This document shows positions 26,983 to 32,000 of a stretch of 32,000 nucleotides of DNA, in pieces. The DNA is taken from NCBI RefSeq assembly GCF_000981785.2, contig NZ_CP011304.1, positions 30,001 to 62,000 of the forward strand, given 5' to 3'. Both the position numbers and the translations under genes were made by a program. Origin of the DNA: Microcystis aeruginosa NIES-2549 (GTDB lineage: Bacteria > Cyanobacteriota > Cyanobacteriia > Cyanobacteriales > Microcystaceae). Within the stretch, counting starts at the first letter, position 1. Each line of letters starts with the position of its first letter. The notes beneath the pieces are model-generated. The model did not search any database. It saw only the letters and a list, made by a program, of their open reading frames with translations, and was not told the origin of the DNA.

Positions 26983-28275
26983 TTAAGAATATCTACTGTT
27001 TAACTTTTCAGCCAATGCCATCCAACTCCTAGCAGAAACTCCAAAAAAGTCTTTAGCTTCTTGAAAACTTGAAAATCTGTTTTGTAGTTCTTCAGGACTA
27101 TAAGTGATTTTGATACTCCAGTCTTCTCGCATTAGTTTGAAGGCAAGCTTTGAGTTATTTTCAAATAGATCTTGTGCCAGGTTTAGCCAATCCTCTGCTT
27201 GGGATGAGAAATGCTCACGAGCAGCATAAAAATCGAAAAGCTTGTCTTCAAGTATAGAGGCTAGGTAATCAACATCACTTGGATCATAGCCAGCAAACTC
27301 TTGGGATAAATTTTCATTTGTATGGAGTAAAGTATTATCTTGTGCTTTATCCTTTTCTTGAAGCATTCTTGCAAGGTCATACCAATTGTCCGCTTCAATT
27401 TCAAAAGTCAGGCAGGCATTGTCAAAGATAATGTATTCATCCTCTAGCTCAAGAGCTAAAGCTTTTATAAGCTCTGCTTCTGCTTTTTCCCGCTCTCTGC
27501 GTCTAGCTTCTGCTTCTTGCCGAGCTACTATTTCAGGGTTCAGCTTTGTCTGAAAACTTCTTGCTTCAGTGTCTTTAAGTTTTTTCTTGAGCTTTAGATC
27601 TGCAACTGCTCTTTGTGCATTTTCATATACGTCTATTTTTTTCTGAAGGTATTTGTCAACGTTTTTAATTAGTATTATATCAATTAGAATAACTGCAAAA
27701 ATGGCTCCAATGATTAGCGTAAGATTGGCTGATTTAGAGAACAAGTATATAATGATAACTACAGGAATTAGGACAGCAGATACTCTAGTAAGTAGCTGAA
27801 ACGACTTATTTTGTTGATACTCTTGAAGCTTTTGGCGATCTTGTAGAAATGTTGATTCGTAACTACGTATCGCATCAAGGGACACAATCCTTAAGCATTT
27901 ATTTAACTTATCTTGCACAATTGGCAAGTTGCGTTGGGCTGTTGAAAGAAAGTTGTCTAGCTCATTTAAGACTCGATCATTAGTATTGCTTATGTCTGCA
28001 TTCATAGAAGCCCTAGTTGTCGATGATCCTTTGTATCGGAGGATTCGTCCATGACCTCTGGCCTGACTACGGGCTTCTCTAACCCAATATTTCAGTGCAG
28101 ATTTTTCGTTGCGAATATTATTAATTGTCTCTCGGTATATCTCAATTGCTCTTAAGCAAATAACCCCTATCTTTTTAGCTGTTTCAGCGTTAATATCGTC
28201 TTTTGATATTTCCCAAATATCTTGTGTTCTAGTTCTGATCTCAGTGGGTTTTATATACTGATAGGTATATCTCAT
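26983..28275 (-). CDS. Orphan 430-aa membrane protein: helical N-domain, 2-TM hairpin, charged coiled coil, three C-terminal W-x-x-L-A repeats
   Basis: Long uninterrupted ORF with an ATG start. TM helices at about residues 161-179 and 185-203. The EAEARRREREKAEAE segment. Repeats ADNWYDLARML / AEDWLNLAQDL / ARSWMALAEKL. Lower GC than its neighbours. I recognise no family. Confidence 0.75.
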   Translation of the reverse strand: MRYTYQYIKPTEIRTRTQDIWEISKDDINAETAKKIGVICLRAIEIYRETINNIRNEKSALKYWVREARSQARGHGRILRYKGSSTTRASMNADISNTNDRVLNELDNFLSTAQRNLPIVQDKLNKCLRIVSLDAIRSYESTFLQDRQKLQEYQQNKSFQLLTRVSAVLIPVVIIIYLFSKSANLTLIIGAIFAVILIDIILIKNVDKYLQKKIDVYENAQRAVADLKLKKKLKDTEARSFQTKLNPEIVARQEAEARRREREKAEAELIKALALELEDEYIIFDNACLTFEIEADNWYDLARMLQEKDKAQDNTLLHTNENLSQEFAGYDPSDVDYLASILEDKLFDFYAAREHFSSQAEDWLNLAQDLFENNSKLAFKLMREDWSIKITYSPEELQNRFSSFQEAKDFFGVSARSWMALAEKLNSRYS

Positions 28276-28371
28276 TTGTTTTATCTTTTTGTGCAGCTAC
28301 AGTAGTGGCATTAAACATTCATGCTGCTGCTCATAGCTTAAGCGGCACAGATGTGAAGATGCCAGCTAAAC

Positions 28372-28687
28372 ATTAATTATACAGAAACTTTCCGAATAAC
28401 CAGAGTAAGGATATGGGGAAACTTTCGACATATCACCCCATTTTGTAGATTTCTGACAATCAGCCGAAATAACATCAGCTTTTCGCCAAGGTTGCAGCAC
28501 CAATTGTTCAATCTGACTGCACTTCGTAACAAAAATTTACAACTTGATCATAAGCGATCACACTCCCATCGATCACTGTGCCTAGACGTTTTTAGATTAT
28601 TATCATTTACTTGAATCAATGATCATGGTGCGTTCCCCAAAATTGATCGCTGGAGCGGTAGGAGTTACATTAGGGAACGCACCCTAC
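28372..28687 (+). repeat. R2: copy 2 of the ~316-bp direct repeat
   Basis: See R1. Bracketed by an 11-bp direct repeat CATTAATTATA (28371-28381 and 28702-28712). Confidence 0.9.
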
Positions 28688-28902
28688 AGCTTGGAGATGT
28701 CCATTAATTATACCGCTCCCTGCTGCCAACTCCGGCACTCATGGACAGCCTTAACGAGTAATTTAGAGAGTCAACAGCTTAGTGGTCTGTCAATCTTGAA
28801 ATTGTGGATAGGGGAATCCGGCCAAATTATTCGCCCCCAATCCCTCAAAATCATCTTAACAGACCAATAGAATCGCCCTTAATTTTTGTGGATTGTCGGC
28901 CC

Positions 28903-30189
28903 CTAACTATATTCCTCCCCGACACTGAGATTAAAGAGCATTTGCAGGGATTGTAAACAGCGCTTACGCGCTTCGATATCCTGTTGGGCCCGCAGTTGTA
29001 CCATGGGTTCGTGAAGGATTTTATTAACGATACCGCGGGTCATTGCTTCGATAACTTCTTGGTGTTTTTCGGCGAATTCCGTCCCCAAACGGGAGAGGGC
29101 CTTTTCTAATTCCTGTTCGCGAATATCTTCAATTTTGCTTCTTAAACAGCTAATTGTCGGTACAGTGTCCAAAGAACGCCACCAAAGCTCGAAAGCTTCC
29201 ACTTCCTGCTCTAGGAGTGCCTCTGCTTCCCTGGCCATCTGACGGCGACTTTCCTGATTGGCGGCAACCACCGCTTTAAGATCATCGACGTTAAAAGCTT
29301 GCACTTGTGCCAATTCCTTCACGTCGGTGTGGACGTTGCGGGGAACAGAAATATCGATTAACATCAGCGAGTTAGCAGCAATCGTCACTTCTGTCAATAA
29401 ATTTTTAGTTAAAATTGGTTCCGTGGCCCCGGTACTGGTAAAGACGATATCCGATGCCGCTACCGTAGCCATCATCTCTTCTAAGCCATATAGTTGGATT
29501 GGTACGTTAGGAAATTCACAGGCCAACTCCTGGGCCCGTCTTTGGGAGCGATTGACGATCGCAATTTGCTGAGAACCCTTAGCCAGAAGGTGAGTAACTA
29601 ATAATCGGGACATTTTCCCTGCCCCGATAATAGCGATTTTCTTGCTGCTGAGGTCTGCCACCTTAGCATGGGCTAACTCCACCGCCGCCGAACTGATCGA
29701 TACGGCTCCCGTGCCGATGCTGGTTTCCGTGCGGACGCGTTTACCGGCAGTCATCGCTTGTTTAAACAGGCGATCGAGTAATTGGCTAATACTATTGTAC
29801 TTTTGAGCTAATTTATGGGTATTTTTAACTTGAGCGAGAATTTGCCCTTCCCCGAGGACAAGACTTTCTAAACCGGCCGACACCCGGAGCAGATGACGGA
29901 CAGCATCCTGATGCAGTAGGGTAAACAGATAACGACGCAGGACATTAAGGGGAATATGCCCGATTTCAGCGAGAAACTGGGTAATTTCCACCACGCCCTT
30001 TTCCGTATCCGTAACCACGGCGTAGATTTCCAAACGGTTACAGGTGCTGATAATAGCCACCTCTTGGATGTGGGGATAACCCTTGAGGTGGGTAAGGGCG
30101 GACTCGATTTTCGCTTCCGGGATACTCAATTTTTCGCGAATTTCCACAGGGGCTGTCTTGTGACTCAAGCCCACTACAGCAATATTCAT
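28903..30189 (-). CDS. hemA: Glutamyl-tRNA reductase
   Basis: 428 aa. [31 protein letters not shown] and the NADPH-binding IGAGKM motif. Confidence 0.97.
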   Translation of the reverse strand: MNIAVVGLSHKTAPVEIREKLSIPEAKIESALTHLKGYPHIQEVAIISTCNRLEIYAVVTDTEKGVVEITQFLAEIGHIPLNVLRRYLFTLLHQDAVRHLLRVSAGLESLVLGEGQILAQVKNTHKLAQKYNSISQLLDRLFKQAMTAGKRVRTETSIGTGAVSISSAAVELAHAKVADLSSKKIAIIGAGKMSRLLVTHLLAKGSQQIAIVNRSQRRAQELACEFPNVPIQLYGLEEMMATVAASDIVFTSTGATEPILTKNLLTEVTIAANSLMLIDISVPRNVHTDVKELAQVQAFNVDDLKAVVAANQESRRQMAREAEALLEQEVEAFELWWRSLDTVPTISCLRSKIEDIREQELEKALSRLGTEFAEKHQEVIEAMTRGIVNKILHEPMVQLRAQQDIEARKRCLQSLQMLFNLSVGEEYS

Positions 30190-30373
30190 TTATGTTCTCC
30201 TACAAATGTTGCTCAGGCTACAAAAATTATTGATAAAGATCAGTGCGTTATGTCTCTAATTGTTGCAATTTAGTCCCAATCGGGATGCAAATAAAAGATG
30301 TTTGAAAAAAAACTTTATATATTTTTACCAATGGGGGCGAGGTGAGCCATGCCCACCCCACCCGATCAGAGAA

Positions 30374-31411
30374 TTATCTCAGTTGAATGTATTTGGGTTG
30401 GTCGAACAGGTGAACGGTATCGACGAAGCGAGCGGTTTTCGATTGGGTGGAGATAACCAAGCTTTGGGTACGAGCGCCACCATGGAAGAAGCGTACCCCT
30501 TCCATCAGGGTGCCGGGGGTGATCCCACAGGCGGCAAAGAGGACGGTTTGGCCACTGGCTAATTCTTCGCAACCGTAAACGCGATCGGGATTAGTGATGC
30601 CCATTTCTTGCAGACGAGCGAGATTACCCTCGCGGCTTTCGCCGATTAAACCGGTTTTGACCACTTCCGGATCATAGATTAATTGTCCCTGGAAGTGACC
30701 GCCTAGACAACGCATAGCCGCCGCCGAGATTACCCCTTCTGGAGCGGCACCGATACCCATGAGAGCATGAATATTAGTTCCCGAAAAAGCGCAGGAAATA
30801 GCGGCCGATACGTCACCATCGCTGATCAGACGAACTCTGGCCCCGGCGTTGCGGATTTCTTGGATTAATTCCTTGTGACGGGGACGATCCATCACCACTA
30901 CCACCAGTTCTTCGATCGAACGATTGAGACAATCGGAAAGAACTTTCAGGTTTTCCGTCGCCGATTTATTAATATCCACATGACCTTTAGCTGCTGGGGG
31001 AGCGGCTAATTTTTTCATATAAAAGTCAGGAGCGGCGAATAACCCACCTTTTTCGGAGATCGCTAACACGGCCATAGAACCATTTTGACCGTAGGCAACC
31101 AAGTTAGTGCCTTCGCAGGGATCGACGGCGATATCGATTTCGACTAATTCGTCGGGATTACAATATTGTTTGGCATCAGCTTGGGTACAGATACCCACTT
31201 CTTCGCCAATATAGAGCATAGGAGCTTCGTCTCTTTCCCCTTCTCCAATAACGATGCGACCACGCATATGGATTTTATTCATCCGTTCGCGCATCGCTTC
31301 CACAGCGACGTGATCGGCGATATTTTTTTCGCCTTTACCCATCCACTTCGAGGAGGCAATGGCAGCCTGTTCGACCACTTCGATAATTTCTAACCCTAGC
31401 GTACTTTCCAC
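30374..31411 (-). CDS. glpX: Class II fructose-1,6-bisphosphatase / sedoheptulose-1,7-bisphosphatase (GlpX type)
   Basis: 345 aa. (M)[29 protein letters not shown]... is nearly identical in pattern to the cyanobacterial bifunctional FBP/SBPase. GTG start. Confidence 0.95.
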   Translation of the reverse strand: MESTLGLEIIEVVEQAAIASSKWMGKGEKNIADHVAVEAMRERMNKIHMRGRIVIGEGERDEAPMLYIGEEVGICTQADAKQYCNPDELVEIDIAVDPCEGTNLVAYGQNGSMAVLAISEKGGLFAAPDFYMKKLAAPPAAKGHVDINKSATENLKVLSDCLNRSIEELVVVVMDRPRHKELIQEIRNAGARVRLISDGDVSAAISCAFSGTNIHALMGIGAAPEGVISAAAMRCLGGHFQGQLIYDPEVVKTGLIGESREGNLARLQEMGITNPDRVYGCEELASGQTVLFAACGITPGTLMEGVRFFHGGARTQSLVISTQSKTARFVDTVHLFDQPKYIQLR

Positions 31412-31908
31412 TCGATGATCCTCCCTACAGCTGATCTATGATTTATCTAGTGAGTTTGTTTCCTTAACAGTCAAAAGTCTATCACCAGACGGGGATCATT
31501 CTTAAGTTTTTATGCAGATCATCTGGAGGAGACCGGTATAGCTAGGGAGTTTTTGCCAGCACTGTCGCCTCCATCTCAGTTATGGAGAGCTTGTTCGCTG
31601 ATGGCGGCTGGCGATCGCAGAAAGGTATGTTCTTCCCCCTGTTGTGAATGCTAGACAAGGGCAGCTTTGTCGATACTAAACATCTGGTCAGGTTTTGCCG
31701 AGCAAAATTATCCACCCTATTCCGTTAATCCTTCAGTGTGTTTAACCGATGCTAGAATGCAGCAAGAGACTCGGTTATTCTAGACAAGCTAAAACCCACT
31801 TTTCTTGGCAATTGAGTTAAAACGTCATCGGGTAAGGTTTTAAACTGTTGCCTGATCTCAACAAGCAATTTAAATGCGCGGGCAGCTTAACTGCCATAAA
31901 TCGGTTTG

Positions 31909-32000
31909 TTAACGAAGCCAATAAACTATAGCGGTAATAATACTCAGAATTACCACGGTCTGACGCAGATAACTAGGAGAGATAATTCTAGCTAGTTTTC
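31909..32000 (-). CDS. Possible 3' end of a gene that starts beyond the window (hydrophobic C-terminus)
   Basis: Open frame from the window edge to the TAA at 31909-31911 (...KLARIISPSYLRQTVVILSIITAIVYWLR). Too short to assign. Confidence 0.2.
   Translation of the reverse strand, partial: KLARIISPSYLRQTVVILSIITAIVYWLR

Noticed and set aside
26850-27032. Plus-strand ORFs inside R1 (26850..27032) and R2 (28619..28870) with similar N-termini.
   Set aside because: The similarity is only the nucleotide repeat. Of the substitutions between copies within the shared frame, almost all are non-synonymous (T/I, C/R, S/L, A/G, L/V, A/T, S/L, L/P). The two ORFs start and end at different places. The shared segment coincides with the conserved hairpin.
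3302-31393. Short ORFs on the opposite strand or in other frames inside ppc, glyA, the GT4 gene, cinA, accC, the hisD-like gene, the permease, pgi, the dus gene, hemA and glpX. Examples: 3302..3508, 4158..4370, 6396..6602, 6909..7139, 10601..10897, 18329..18613, 21956..22216, 23121..23874, 24511..24912, 29258..29572, 29956..30273, 30260..30572, 31166..31393.
   Set aside because: All are embedded in strongly supported genes and have biased, low-complexity composition (Arg/Ser/Pro-rich). None has an RBS or a recognisable family.

Overview
This is a cyanobacterial chromosomal window. HIP1 octamers (GCGATCGC) occur throughout, ATAACTG / CAGTAAN heptanucleotide microsatellites fill several intergenic regions, and the gene content fits. 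I infer it is most likely Microcystis, but no database search was possible. All family names below come from motifs I recognise by eye.

Core genes: minC (partial)-minD-minE, ppc, glyA, a WecA/MraY-type glycosyltransferase, cinA, an Hsp70-like ATPase, accC, a HisD-like protein, an FtsX/MacB-type permease, pgi, a Dus-family tRNA-dihydrouridine synthase, hemA and class II FBPase/SBPase (glpX).

Three accessory patches interrupt the core genes:
- (i) 7.9-10.1 kb: an AT-rich three-gene block on the minus strand, made of a P-loop ATPase fused to a PD-(D/E)XK nuclease, a DUF433 protein and a PIN-like DUF5615 protein.
- (ii) 13.9-18.1 kb: a cluster of four Uma2 (DUF820) endonuclease-like genes plus one DUF29 gene. 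One Uma2 copy was freshly split by an intact IS4/IS5-type insertion sequence. A cognate MITE lies at 22.3 kb.
- (iii) 25.4-28.7 kb, between the dus gene and hemA: a hicB-hicA module with a decayed toxin, a RelE/ParE-like TA pair, and a low-GC orphan 430-aa membrane protein.

The best candidate for something undescribed is in patch (iii). The 430-aa ORF is bracketed by two ~316-bp direct repeats (R1 and R2, about 88% identical). The repeats carry conserved hairpins and look like cassette boundaries or a portable leader. The ATPase-nuclease trio in patch (i) is the second candidate. I saw no rRNA, tRNA or CRISPR array.
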